A stretch of 63,805 nt of DNA, filler included, from Klebsormidium nitens (taxonomy: Eukaryota > Plantae > Klebsormidiophyceae): the NCBI GenBank assembly GCA_000708835.1. It is 10 parts of 10 records of this genome, joined end to end, with 100 filler letters (N's around TTAATTAATTAA, not from the genome) between each part and the next. Parts side by side here need not be neighbours in the genome. Positions count along the whole stretch, not along the records: positions 13,353 to 25,058 come from DF237991.1; positions 25,159 to 34,194 come from DF238249.1; 8 more parts are not named here. One strand, given 5' to 3'. The position numbers and the translations under genes were made by a program. The notes under the pieces are model-generated. The model saw only the letters and a list, made by a program, of their open reading frames with translations, was not told the origin of the DNA and ran no database searches. This document shows positions 23,085 through 34,115 of the stretch, piece by piece. Position 1 is the stretch's first letter. Each line of letters begins with the position of its first letter.

Positions 23085-23693
23085 AAGTTGACGATGTGCT
23101 TTGAGGCTCAAATTGCTGGATCCTCTGGACACGTCTTGTTTGATAGTGGCGCCTTTGAGAATTTTGTGTCGGCGGCCTTTGCGAGCTTACACGGGGTGGT
23201 GATTTCAAAGGGCCCCAGGACTGTCAAACCGAGAAATAAGTCGGTTGCTAGATACTTGGGAAGTGGCAAGTTGTACCTTAAACCCGGCGCTTTTCATCAA
23301 CCCGTCTCTTGCTTGCTCTTGCCTGAGCTGTTATACGGTGTTGACCTGATTGTGGGCCAAGGTTTATGACCAAGAATTGTGTCGACTTGCTGTAAGTCCG
23401 AGCAGACTTGCCTCATTGAAAAGGGGCAGTGTCAGCTTATCGTTCGAAAGCAGACTATTTACAGAGACCCGCCTTTAGCCAACAGCAAGCCGGACGCTCT
23501 CCTTAGCGCCCTTCAGGTAAAGCGCCTAATGCGAAAGGGTAACACGGCTTTCCTTGCAGTTGAGATCAAAGTGGAGGATCCACTACGCCCAGACCCAGGC
23601 GACGATTGGGTAAGTCAAATGACTGAAAAGTATTCTGACGTCCTTGCTGACCCTCTGCCGCCTGGCCTACCAACCTACGCAACACCGGCCACT
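23085..23693 (+). pseudogene. pol: Ty3/Gypsy aspartic protease and pre-RT linker relic
   Basis: HVLFDSGAFENFVS...VDLIVG, then LLSALQVKRLMRKGNTAFL...EKYSDVLADPLPPGLP; cut by the LTR at 23694. Confidence 0.8.
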
Positions 23694-24119
23694 TGTTGAA
23701 AGTAAGCGCCTTTCAAGTAAGCACAACCACTAGGAATGAGAGCACACAACGTGATATTGTTCAAGGTCATAGCTAGGCCTCCAAATTAGCTAGCCTACCA
23801 CGGGTTCCGACCCTACCTACTAATCCACGGCCTCTATGAGTCGAGGTTCCGATCCACGGTTCACCGGAATTGTCCACTCCTAATAAAGAACACTGAGGCA
23901 CATTTTGTACCAATTTCTCTAAGCCGTCGATATTCGATCTAACGGCTGACTCAAATTGTTACACTCGAAATTCGGACAATTTCGATCTAGACCATCGATA
24001 ATTAATCTAACGGTCACTTAAAATGGTTAGTTAAGCTACTTTAAACCTGAATCGAACGGCTACGAATAAACGTAGGATATTAGAGCGTATTAGGCCTACT
24101 ATTCCGCCTAAATGCAACA
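23694..24119 (-). mobile_element. Copia 3' LTR with PPT at 24120-24130
   Basis: Begins with the reverse complement of the LTR end seen at 21901-21926 and ends GCAACA + CTCCCGCACGC, directly after the RNase H stop on the minus strand. Confidence 0.8.
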
Positions 24120-24139
24120 CTCCCGCACGCACTAAGTTC

Positions 24140-24699
24140 CTACACAATTCCTATCTCTCTCCTGCATTTTGCAAACTTTCCGTATGTGAACGCCTTGGTC
24201 AAAATGTCCCCCATCATGTCTTCCGTCTTGCAATACGCGAAGCCGACCTTCTTTGGCGCCACCCGCTCCCGAGCAAAGTGATGAATTACGTCGATGTGCT
24301 CGACCGCCGCGAAGTGATCGGATGCTTGAGGAGCCGTATTGCCCTTTAGTTGCCGCAAAAATTTTGGACCGTTCTTAAGCCCAGTTCCTAGTCTCCCCCC
24401 AACTTGCGAAACCACAACGCCTCCTTCACGGCTTGTCCCGCGCTCATATACTCCACCTCCATCATCGACGCCGCCACCGTCGGCAGAAGACGGCTCGACT
24501 AACTCACCGCTCCCCCGTACAACAGGAAGACGTACCCGGTCGTGGAGCGCTTCGTGTCAACGTCCCCCGCAAAGTCCGCGTCGCAAAACGCCTCAAGGAC
24601 CTCACCGCTCCCCCTAAAGGTTATTCCGTCCTACGCGGTCCCCACCAAATAGCGCACGACCCTAAGCGCCGCCGCCCAGTGTGCCTCCGTTGGCGCCTT
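24140..24699 (-). pseudogene. pol: Copia RT C-terminus and RNase H relic
   Basis: PTEAHWAAALRVVRYL, EAFCDADFAGDVDTKRSTTGYVFLLYGGAVS*SSRL, HIDVIHHFARERV...YCKTEDMMGDILTKA. Confidence 0.9.
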
Positions 24700-25029
24700 T
24701 GTTGAAACACAGCGTTGTTGGAAGTGATATTCAATCAATCAAGTTCACACAAGGTATATGGAGTGTTCCGAGTCACGGCCTATTCATGGGTCTACACTCT
24801 AGCCTAGTAGGCTCAGTGGACCGTCATCTAGTAAGTCCGAAAATTTCACTCTATACCGTACATCGACGGCCATCATCGAACCTACACAATATCGACGGTT
24901 ATCGCCAAGTCATTCGGGTGTAACGCTGTAACCCGCGCGCATTTTACCGTGTTACCGTCGAATTACCGTCGACGTCGTGATCCTAAAATCCTAAATAAGA
25001 TTCGGTCCCTAAATGCCCGTATCTCAATA
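24700..25029 (-). mobile_element. Copia LTR, family A, with PPT-like GTGTGGGAGAG
   Basis: Near-identical to 261-612; followed on the plus strand by CTCTCCCACAC. Confidence 0.8.
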
Positions 25030-25238
25030 CTCTCCCACACACTAATGACTATGCGATTNNNNNNNNNNNNNNNNNNNNNNNNNNNNNNNNNNNNNNNNNN
25101 NNTTAATTAATTAANNNNNNNNNNNNNNNNNNNNNNNNNNNNNNNNNNNNNNNNNNNNCATCTGGATAGAACGCCGTACATCAACGGTCTCACAGCGCGC
25201 CGTTAAGACGTAACCGCTGTCGTTTCGCTAACAAGCAG

Positions 25239-26015
25239 CTAACGAAATCCTGACGAGAACGAGGTTAGGCTTAACCAGACGTAATCGTCACAGACAGAAG
25301 TCAAGAAGTAATCTCGAGGTATCAATCGAAGGGTTCGATGAAGATACTTGCTCAGCATCTTTGTTAGAGGGATTCGATCTCCGTCTTTGAAGACGAGTTC
25401 GTAATCTCCCTTGCGTCGTGAGGTCTGCACTGACAGATAGCTCGCACCCTCGATCTGTTGGCCCTTCCGCAGGATTGGAAGCTCGTGCATTTTTACACGA
25501 CGACGATGCTCCTTACTCAGAAGCATATGCCATTCAAGGACGAGATGCCACATGCAGATCTTTACCTCCTTAGGAGTGAGATCTCGATCCATGTCTTCGA
25601 GACTCAGCTGTCTAACCTTGCGTGCGAGCTTCTTTCCAAACGTTTCGACCTCTTCAACGGTCATCTCTGATGCGGCGTCCGAGGCCTTTGTCTCAATCTT
25701 TCGTTGAGCGGTCTCCTTCAGAGCCTTGTTTTCCTTCCGAAACGGCTCATAATAAGTTTGATAAGCCTCCGCATAACCGAGTTTGCGACAAATAGCGAGA
25801 AAAGGGGCCAAGCGCGTACGCCTGGATCCAGGGTTATCATAGCGCTCTAGAACAGCTGCAACAATCTTCTGAGCCTTACTCTTTATCCACGAGGGATCCT
25901 CGGGCATTTTATCCTCAAAGACCATGTTCCATAGGAGCTGAATCCCCTTAAGATACTGCTCTGTGGAACTTTCGGTCCTGATCCCATCAGCCAAGACCTT
26001 CCGTAGAGTATCCAT
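25239..26015 (-). CDS. Virus-like hypothetical protein resembling divergent tyrosine recombinases of Polinton-like viruses/NCLDV
   Basis: Intronless 258-aa ORF. The N-terminal helical region (STEQYLKGIQLLW...RYDNPGSRRTRLAPFLAICRKL) and C-terminal SYLSV...YELVF...IPLTKMLSKYL...DYFL resemble that family, but canonical catalytic motifs are not clearly present. Confidence 0.45.
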   Translation of the reverse strand: MDTLRKVLADGIRTESSTEQYLKGIQLLWNMVFEDKMPEDPSWIKSKAQKIVAAVLERYDNPGSRRTRLAPFLAICRKLGYAEAYQTYYEPFRKENKALKETAQRKIETKASDAASEMTVEEVETFGKKLARKVRQLSLEDMDRDLTPKEVKICMWHLVLEWHMLLSKEHRRRVKMHELPILRKGQQIEGASYLSVQTSRRKGDYELVFKDGDRIPLTKMLSKYLHRTLRLIPRDYFLTSVCDDYVWLSLTSFSSGFR

Positions 26016-26387
26016 ACTTATCACACCCGCCTACGGTGATGCAAGAAAATAATTTTATAACGTCTCCCAGTTCGCAACAAGTTATTTCAAAAAGGTCGGT
26101 CACAATAAAATGACGTCGAAACCTCTCCTAAACGCTTATTTTCTTGAAACTGCGTGCGGGGGGCCGAAAATTGTTGAGAAATCTCGAGATTTCTTAGGAG
26201 AATAACTAGTTATTTAAAATGCACTTGTCACTTTTTAACCGTCTCTCCGCATGCGTTTCACACCATATGCACTATATAATATCGCTCGCGGCGAGGATCG
26301 TTGAATCCGCATGGTCAGATATGCATTAGGGGGCAGCATTATTTTCTACGATTGTATCATTATAGGCAGTGCACCAGGCCAACCGAT

Positions 26388-26888
26388 ATGGAGTCCACGA
26401 AACGAAGCTTTCGAGTGATCGCTGCCTACGATGCAAAGGGGAATGATGCCCTTGCTCTGTTGAAGGATACGCGACTTGAGATCGATGCAAAGAAGGGGCG
26501 CGTCTGTCAAGCGGGGGCCCGCGCTGGGTCTCAGCTCTTTCGGACTCAGAAATGCCAGGGGAAGAAGGTTACGCTTCCACAGAGGGTGGTTGTCCTCATA
26601 CAAGAGACCACACGAGGCTCATTGAACAAGAAGTACGGGTATTCAGTCGACATCGGTCCGGTGAAGAAAAGTAATCGTCCAACGGGTATGCCATTCGAGG
26701 GCACCTTTCAGAGCATAGCTACAAAGATGGAAGTCGAAGACATCGAGAGTATGAGTGCTTCGAAGAAGGTTTCGAAGTCCATTAAAGCCACTCAGAAGCC
26801 CAAGAAAAAGATCGCTGGCAAGAAGTCTGCTCCGGCAAAGGAAGCGGCAGAATCGGTTGATTCTAATTCCGATTCGGACTCGAATTGA
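26388..26888 (+). CDS. MC1-like chromatin architectural protein (NCLDV type)
   Basis: QAGARAGSQLFR...LIQETTRGSLNKKYGY resembles the QAAxKA / ETTxGSxxKxYxY pattern of giant-virus MC1-domain proteins. Lys/Ala-rich histone-H1-like tail followed by an acidic end. Confidence 0.55.
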   Translation: MESTKRSFRVIAAYDAKGNDALALLKDTRLEIDAKKGRVCQAGARAGSQLFRTQKCQGKKVTLPQRVVVLIQETTRGSLNKKYGYSVDIGPVKKSNRPTGMPFEGTFQSIATKMEVEDIESMSASKKVSKSIKATQKPKKKIAGKKSAPAKEAAESVDSNSDSDSN

Positions 26889-27163
26889 TTGCCTCATGGG
26901 ATCCGGTCACGAGTCCATCGGCTGGTAGTGCCATGTAGCCGCCGATCAGGACGTTTGACACCTTTGTCAAAAGTTGCCTTCAATGGATTGTAGGAAGAAG
27001 CAGTGCAATGCTGACTGACTTTTCAATGCCCCTTCAAGCCACGTTAGCAAGTCCCAGCTTCGAAAGCTAATACACATGCTGGCTGAACTAGAATACACCG
27101 CCACGTCTTGGAACAGCGTGAACCTAGAGAAAGGAAGTTCAGTCAAAAGTCGCCTCTTTCTCT

Positions 27164-28132
27164 CTATAAAAAAGCGAGGCGATTCTGATTGAGAGCATTT
27201 AACGTCTTTGTCCGTGAAAAGAGAACACACGCAGCCTGTGCCAGGTCCGCCGTACCCCCTTTCAGAATCTGCTTGGTGGCGGGAGGCGCGTCCTGGGACA
27301 GGTTGCGGAACGTGTTGGCCTCTAACTCGAACTTGGTCGCTCGGAGGCGGAGGTCCATCTCCTTCATCTCACTCTCCAGCTTGCGCTTCCCGGCTGCCAG
27401 CTCGCTTGCCCGCTCGTCCGACTTGCGCATCTCGGCTGCCAGCTCGTTCTCCAGCTTCTGCCGCTTGATCTTCTTCATAAGGTCGAGCTCCTCGGGGTCC
27501 TTCTGCTTGCCCTCGGCCTCCACGGTCTCGCCGAAGACGCGGGCGGGGTGCTCTTTCGGCAGCTGGCTCTGCGCCTCCCTGTTGCGCCTGATCTCTCCCA
27601 CGAGAGTCTCGTCCCCACCGAGGTAACGCACGACGACGTTGGCGCACTTGAGGCGGAATTGAGCGGCCCTTTTACCCGGTAGCAGGTTGACGATGGCCAC
27701 CAGGCCTCTTGCACATGTGACCGGGGTGGGGCGCTGGCCACTTCCCTCAAATTGGAGGTTGTATACCACGGATACAACTTCCGGATTTTGGGATTTTATG
27801 TTCTCCCAAGTTTGACGAGGGTTGATAACCTCAGTAACGCTTTGGATGACGTCGAGGACGCTCACTCTCGGCGGGGTCTCACTCGTCTTCCTGATCTTTA
27901 TGCCCTCTCCAAGGCCCTTCCCGCGGATTATCAACTGCCTGAGTTCATCCACGACCTTTGGCCCCTCGATCTTAAGGAAGTCGGCCACGAGCTCATAGCA
28001 CTCAGAGCGGAAGTCTTCCGCCCTCGCGCCTTCGAGGAGGGTGACTATCTTGTCGAATTCGCTGACATGAAGGAGCGGGCTCTCCTTGTGGCCGGCTGTC
28101 GAAGCAGTGAAACTCGAAGTCCAGGTCGTCAT
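27164..28132 (-). CDS. BRO/KilA-type DNA-binding protein with coiled-coil (NCLDV-associated family)
   Basis: IRKTSETPPRVSVLDVIQSVT...QFEGSGQRPTPV...GLVAIVNLLPGKRAAQFR...VVVRYLGGDETLVGEI, followed by a coiled-coil. Confidence 0.7.
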   Translation of the reverse strand: MTTWTSSFTASTAGHKESPLLHVSEFDKIVTLLEGARAEDFRSECYELVADFLKIEGPKVVDELRQLIIRGKGLGEGIKIRKTSETPPRVSVLDVIQSVTEVINPRQTWENIKSQNPEVVSVVYNLQFEGSGQRPTPVTCARGLVAIVNLLPGKRAAQFRLKCANVVVRYLGGDETLVGEIRRNREAQSQLPKEHPARVFGETVEAEGKQKDPEELDLMKKIKRQKLENELAAEMRKSDERASELAAGKRKLESEMKEMDLRLRATKFELEANTFRNLSQDAPPATKQILKGGTADLAQAACVLFSRTKTLNALNQNRLAFL

Positions 28133-28412
28133 CTCCTTCGGCTAGTTCGACGAGTAGGTCCAACACATTACGAAAAATCGAGTCGCACCGTTGAATTGCA
28201 GCCAAAGGTAGAGTGTTCGACCTGTCATACTCTAGATCGTCTATTCAAGTGTCACTTGGCGGCGTGTGTTTGTAAATGTATATCGACTCAGATCAAACAC
28301 ATGAGCGACCATCACGATGCGTCTAACAACCTTTATTGGGAAAAGTATTCTGTTTGACGAATGCCAAGTGACTTCATACTGATGAATGTTTGCGCCATGA
28401 GCTTGCAGGTCA

Positions 28413-28780
28413 CGCTGTTCATCTAGAGGAACTGTCATTTACGAATTTGTCTCCATGGACAGCGCGGACGGCTTCGACGGCTCGGACAGCACTTTCGCAA
28501 GGGCACACGATCTCGATACCCGCCATGGACGGGAGTGCTGTCCATCTAGAGGACCTCTCATCTACGATTTCGTCTCCATGGACAGCGCGGACGGCTCGGA
28601 CAGCACTTTAGAAAGAGCTCACAATCTCGATACCCACCGTGAATAGGAGTGCTGTCCATCTAGAGGACCTCTCATCTACGATTTCGTTTCCATGGACGGC
28701 TTGGACGGCTCGGACAACACTTTGGAAATAGCTCACAATCTCGATACCCGCCGTGGACGGGAGTGATGTCCACCTGGAGA
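28413..28780 (+). repeat. Tandem array, 114-bp unit, about 3.3 copies
   Basis: TGCTGTCCATCTAGAGG at 28536 and 28650, with degenerate starts at about 28413 and 28764. Each unit holds the inverted pair TGCTGTCCAT / ATGGACAGC. Confidence 0.9.
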
Positions 28781-29161
28781 ACGCTATGGTATTCACACTG
28801 CAGGAGCAAAGACACGCATTGAAGGCCGCGTTTATATGCCTCTGCAGATTCTACTCCGAGACAACGTGCACGATCTTTGTTTGCCGCTCGACGTGTTGTG
28901 CATTCACGATGTATACTCTCCAATCATCTATCAAGGCCTATGATATGACTTCAATTGCACTTGATGAGTGAATCCGTGCATGGAGAAGCCGGACAATTGA
29001 TCAAAGGCATCGCACAAGCGATACATCACTGAGTCACAGAGTAGTTCAGCCATATTCACATTGTAACCGCATACAAGTGTATTATACAAGCACTCTCTGA
29101 AGTACGTGTTTCAACGAATAGGTCGTCTAGCTTGTGTATGTCACCGATCTCATAGAACTTG

Positions 29162-32100
29162 CTATTTTTCTAGAATGCTCTCCTTCGTCGGCGTGTTGAG
29201 CTGGAAGCCCCGATAACCCCGGACCATGTGCCCCGGATTAGCGAATCTCAGCGCTGACGGCTTATCCGGGCCCTCCAGCCCCTTCTTCTTGCAAGCCTCC
29301 GCGAACTTCCGATCGTTCCGAATCTGTGGCACATCTGTATCGCCGAATCTGACGCCGTCGACCAACCTGTCCGGGTTGTTGTACGCCTCCATGAGACTGC
29401 GCGTGGACTCAAAAGCCTTGATGTTCATTCTTCCCTCTTGCTGAAGGAAGGCTGCAAACGGATCGTTCTCCTGCTCCCACGACTGCATGTATGTCTTGCT
29501 GCTCTCCGGCATGTCGAGGAGCCGCTTGCCACTCGCGTACCAGTCCTTGGCGCCTTGCACCAAGAACACCAACAGCTTCTCGGGCTCGGCCTTCAGGACG
29601 TCTTCCAATTCGAGATCACGGATCCCATGAAACGGGTTGTCGGGGTTGTAGCCCGCTTCGTCTGGGTAGAAGAACCGCATCGGGAACACCAGCGTCAAGA
29701 GGCGTCTCTTGAGCGCTATCGTCCAGGTCTTCACTCGCGGAGGGTAGTTCGAGCAGAGAATGTGCTGCAGACAAGATGGATTCATCAGCTCTCACGGCCA
29801 TGAACTTAGATACAGCGTAGCCACTGGTGAAGAGCTAACAACATCAACGTTGTCCATGAAAAGGAAGTGCTAACTACGAAACCCTTTTCACGGACGGCGC
29901 AGACGGCTTGGACAGCACCGTCGAATCCTCTTTGAAGCTACAGTCAGCTGTCAACCAGTGAAACGAGGCTTTAGCCAGCTGTGTTGTCCAGCAACACAAG
30001 ATCTTGCCGTGAGAGGCCCCGAGACAGCTGTGCTGTCCATCAAGACGAGGGTCCATTTACAAAGTGCTCCTCATGGACGGCACAGACGGTTCGGACAACG
30101 CGTTTGAAAGCTCTCGAAATATAGCCTTTCGCCGATGTTAAGATCCACGTCATCGAAGACTCCAGACAGCCGTGCTGTCCATCAAGACGAATTTCCATCT
30201 ACAAAAGGCTCTTCACGGACGTCACAGACGGCTTGGACAGCATAGTTGAGAAGTTCTTAAATTCAAGGTTCGATCGTGAAGTCCCTCGGGAAGACTTACC
30301 AGCTGGGTTGTGGCAAACGTGACGTAATCTGAGTAGAGCGCTCTGCTCGTGATAGTCGCTTCTCCGGTTAGCCGCTTCACGTTGGCCTCCGAAAACTCAT
30401 CGGTATCCTCGGACTCCGCGCACACCGCTATCCGGATACCGCGTAGACCTGGATAACAAGCGTAATTTCTACACAAAGCAAATCCCTTCATCTATGGTAC
30501 GACCGTTCATCACCAATCAGAGCTTCGTTCCGAGGTTGAGCAATGAAAGAATTGGTGTCGGGTTCTACAGTTGCACAAATGGATTCAATCGTATTTGTTG
30601 TATAATATGCTTCAACTAGAAAGAAGACCTCATCAACAACGGCCCTCATTCTGGTCTGAGAGTCCCGTTTTAAGAATTTCTAAGAGTTAGCTACTTATGG
30701 TGGGTATCGCTCACCTGCTTCCGCTGGATTTGCGGCACCTTTGCCTAGCGGTCGCTGCCCCTTGGACGTAACGAGCATGTCCTTTGAGACGTCCTTGTAG
30801 AACGGACCGATCACTCGCTTCAACAGAGCCAACAGAAGGCTTTTCCCCGCTCCGCCTTCCCCAATCATCGTCAGCATGACCTGGTTTGATCTGTGCCCCG
30901 TGATCCCGTATCCGAGGATGCGCTGGAGATAAGCAAGCGCCTCCGGAGTGTGCGTGATCTGACGGAGGAAGTCGCCCGTCCTGCCTAGCGGCGTGGCAAG
31001 CCCGGTCGACGGCCACCGGACGGGGAGCTTGAAAGACCAGAGATACTGCAAGACAGAAAGAGGATAGAATGAAGTGATGTAATAACTCAATGCAAGACTC
31101 TGCAAGTGGTTCTGAAGATTTGCATCGATCAGACCGCCCCCCACTGAAATCTGTTTACGACGTGGTGGTAACCATCACATAACAAAACATTGAAGGCAGA
31201 ACATGTTTTAAAGTCACCAAATCTCAATCAGGGATGTTGAGAGGAAGCATCCCTTGGTGCTTGCTATGTAGATTAAGATCGTTCCTCTGCTTCTTGACGA
31301 CAAAGCGCAAGCATCGGAGAGAAGCGTGTGTCGAGGAAGTATTCACTCTTCTTGGTAGTAAGAACATTCATATACCCACCTTCGGATGGTGTGCCACAAG
31401 GATGCCGCTCTCCAACAGCACGACCCCATTCAGGAGAGGGAGCGCGTCCCTGTTCGTATTCAACGCCTCCTCAAACGCCGGCTCCTGACAATACCCTTTG
31501 AGAGTCGTCATGACCTGGCTCATCTTGGCGTTGAAGTTGAAGTTCACGAGCTTCTCCTTCCTGGGCCTTTTCTCCTCCTCTGCTTGCGAACCCCCGCCGT
31601 CGGCTTCGGACGCGGTTTCCTTCTTGTATGCCTTGCTGATCTTGTTGAGCTCTCCGCGGCAGATCTGGCTCGCAATTCGCCCAGCCACGTCCACCACCCA
31701 AATCGAACCGTTGTAGTAGAACCACTTCTCGTTGCAAAAGACGAGATTGCGGCCCGCGTACGTCTGCAAGCGATCGATGATGAGCGCCCCTCCTTCATCA
31801 CCTGAAAAGGAACGTCATCGAATTGTCAATTGACGATCGAGGGGCGACCTCATGTCCACTGTATTCTTACGGGCGGCCAGTCACTTGTCCCAAGAAGCAA
31901 TCCGTGCACGGCTCCCTGCGAGCCATGCAATCGATACTTTCATACCATACACGGCCTTTGATTTCGGCAGAAGGTAACCAAGAAATGGATGTTGGCTCAG
32001 GTCTGCATAAGATCAAGAGCACTGGCTTGGAAGAGGTTGATATGTATGTAAACCTCGTGCACAGGTGACCGGGTTGGGGCTCTGATCGGGACCTTCGAAT

Positions 32101-34115
32101 TTGAGGTCCGTCCAATTTGGACGGACCTCCGAATGCTGTATAACGGCGGGAATACACCGGGTAAATTTGATAGATTGAAAGCGCGTTAGGACTGATGCTG
32201 CTTAAGGGGCGGCTTACCCGCTGAAACCGAGAGGTTTCGCCGTAAGAACCAGAGGGGAAGCAGTTCCCGATTCTCGTACAGTCGGTCGCGGTCGCTGTTC
32301 AGCGGGGAAGCATCCGCAAAAGATGCGGCCACCGGAAACATGAGACGCCCGAGTCTCTTGTTGCGGCAGCCGTCGCCNNNNNNNNNNNNNNNNNNNNNNN
32401 NNNNNNNNNNNNNNNNNNNNNNNNNNNNNNNNNNNNNNNNNNNNNNNNNNNNNNNNNNNNNNNNNNNNNNNNNNNNNNNNNNNNNNNNNNNNNNNNNNNN
32501 NNNNNNNNNNNNNNNNNNNNNNNNNNNNNNNNNNNNNNNNNNNNNNNNNNNNNNNNNNNNNNNNNNNNNNNNNNNNNNNNNNNNNNNNNNNNNNNNNNNN
32601 NNNNNNNNNNNNNNNNNNNNNNNNNNNNNNNNNNNNNNNNNNNNNNNNNNNNNNNNNNNNNNNNNNNNNNNNNNNNNNNNNNNNNNNNNNNNNNNNNNNN
32701 NNNNNNNNNNNNNNNNNNNNNNNNNNNNNNNNNNNNNNNNNNNNNNNNNNNNNNNNNNNNNNNNNNNNNNNNNNNNNNNNNNNNNNNNNNNNNNNNNNNN
32801 NNNNNNNNNNNNNNNNNNNNNNNNNNNNNNNNNNNNNNNNNNNNNNNNNNNNNNNNNNNNNNNNNNNNNNNNNNNNNNNNNNNNNNNNNNNNNNNNNNNN
32901 NNNNNNNNNNNNNNNNNNNNNNNNNNNNNNNNNNNNNNNNNNNNNNNNNNNNNNNNNNNNNNNNNNNNNNNNNNNNNNNNNNNNNNNNNNNNNNNNNNNN
33001 NNNNNNNNNNNNNNNNNNNNNNNNNNNNNNNNNNNNNNNNNNNNNNNNNNNNNNNNNNNNNNNNNNNNNNNNNNNNCCGGAAACATGAGACGCCCGAGTC
33101 TCTTGTTGCGGCAGCCGTCGCCGGTCTTGCACCGCTGGCTGTGGCACACGTAGGTGATCTCCGTCCCTCTCCTGAGGAGCCCAAAGTTGTTGCTGCAGTG
33201 CGGCTGCGCCCCGTCCTCCGCGTACGGACACACTCGCCCTTCCGCACCGTTCCGCCAGTGATACATCACCGCCCCTAGACCGGCAACCGTGCTCAGCTCT
33301 GCCTTTGCAAAGACGGAGGAGTTGTCGCCGAAACCGCTGAGCATGCCCCGCATCACCTCGACCACTTCCTGCTGCAATCCGAGATCCGTCAGGTCCGGCG
33401 CCCCGATTACGGCGCTGGCCCTCGCGCTAGGCCCTGCCCTGCCGGGAACCTCTGATGGCAGTCTCGCGCGCTCCCCAAAGCCCCTCGCCACCCGCTCGTT
33501 CAGAATCTTGATCAACCAGTCCGGAAGAGGAGGCAGATCTCCTGCCGGGGGAAGCTCGCCTCCGCCGTCAACCGTATACCGTGCCGTCTCACCGAGTCGC
33601 TCGTACGAAGACGGCGGGCAAGCGATCATGACATTCGAGCTGACGCCCCTCATGTCGACTCCCACCTTCTTCAGAACCTCCTTTCCGGATATCGGATCTC
33701 GAACCCTCAGCTCCAGCTTTGCAAAGTGGGTCGGCGTCTCCACGCCCAGCCCTGACTCAAGGCTTCTTCGGTGAGAGAAGTAGATGTGCACCCCCCCGCT
33801 GCCCGTGCGCACTCGAGGAGCATCAAACGCGCCGTGCTCGGTCTCCCAGATTGCTAGCTGCTCCATGCCCCCGTCACCAAGGTCGAAATCAAGCACGACG
33901 ACTTTGGACGCTGCCGTGTTGATCAGCAACGTATTGTCGTAGGGCTGGAAGAAGCGGTCCGTCAGGCAGTCGGCTAGAGTAGTGGCCGGCCAATCTCGCG
34001 GGGGTCTCATTTTCTTCCCTCCCTTTCCTCCCTTTGCCTTCGAGTCCCACTCGGTGTTTGCCGTGAAGACGACGTAGCCTTTTGCGACCAAGTCGCGAGC
34101 GGCGATCTCCTGCAT
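29162..34115 (-). CDS. Five-exon Prim-Pol + D5/SF3 primase-helicase (about 885 aa)
   Basis: Exons: 34115-32218 (after closing the false gap), 31801-31380, 31045-30715, 30448-30300, 29764-29162. All four introns are GT-AG and in phase (1,0,1,0). Motifs: VVVLDFD and RTGSGGVHIYF (Prim-Pol), CPY..H..C..C, D5_N (LPLLNGVVLL), Walker A GEGGAGKS, Walker B region RIAVCAES, VKRLTG, CSNYPP and ALKRRL. The true start may lie further upstream. Confidence 0.9.
29870..30245 (+). repeat. Tandem array, ~143-bp unit, inside intron 4 of the primase-helicase
   Basis: TGCTGTCCATCAAGACGA at 30031 and 30174. The GGACG.C.CAGACGG.T.GGACA.C core is shared with the 114-bp array. Confidence 0.8.
32378..33076. other. 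Scaffold gap, probably spurious
   Basis: The same 46 bp occurs on both sides (32332-32377 = 33077-33122); merging them gives an uninterrupted frame. Confidence 0.85.

Noticed and set aside
28413-28780. CRISPR-like array next to viral genes
   Set aside because: Full 114-bp units are homologous to each other; there is no repeat-spacer alternation.
32186-33278. Long ORFs running through the N gap (32186-33247, 32299-33231, 32340-33278)
   Set aside because: Artefacts of translating Ns; the real frame is the primase exon.
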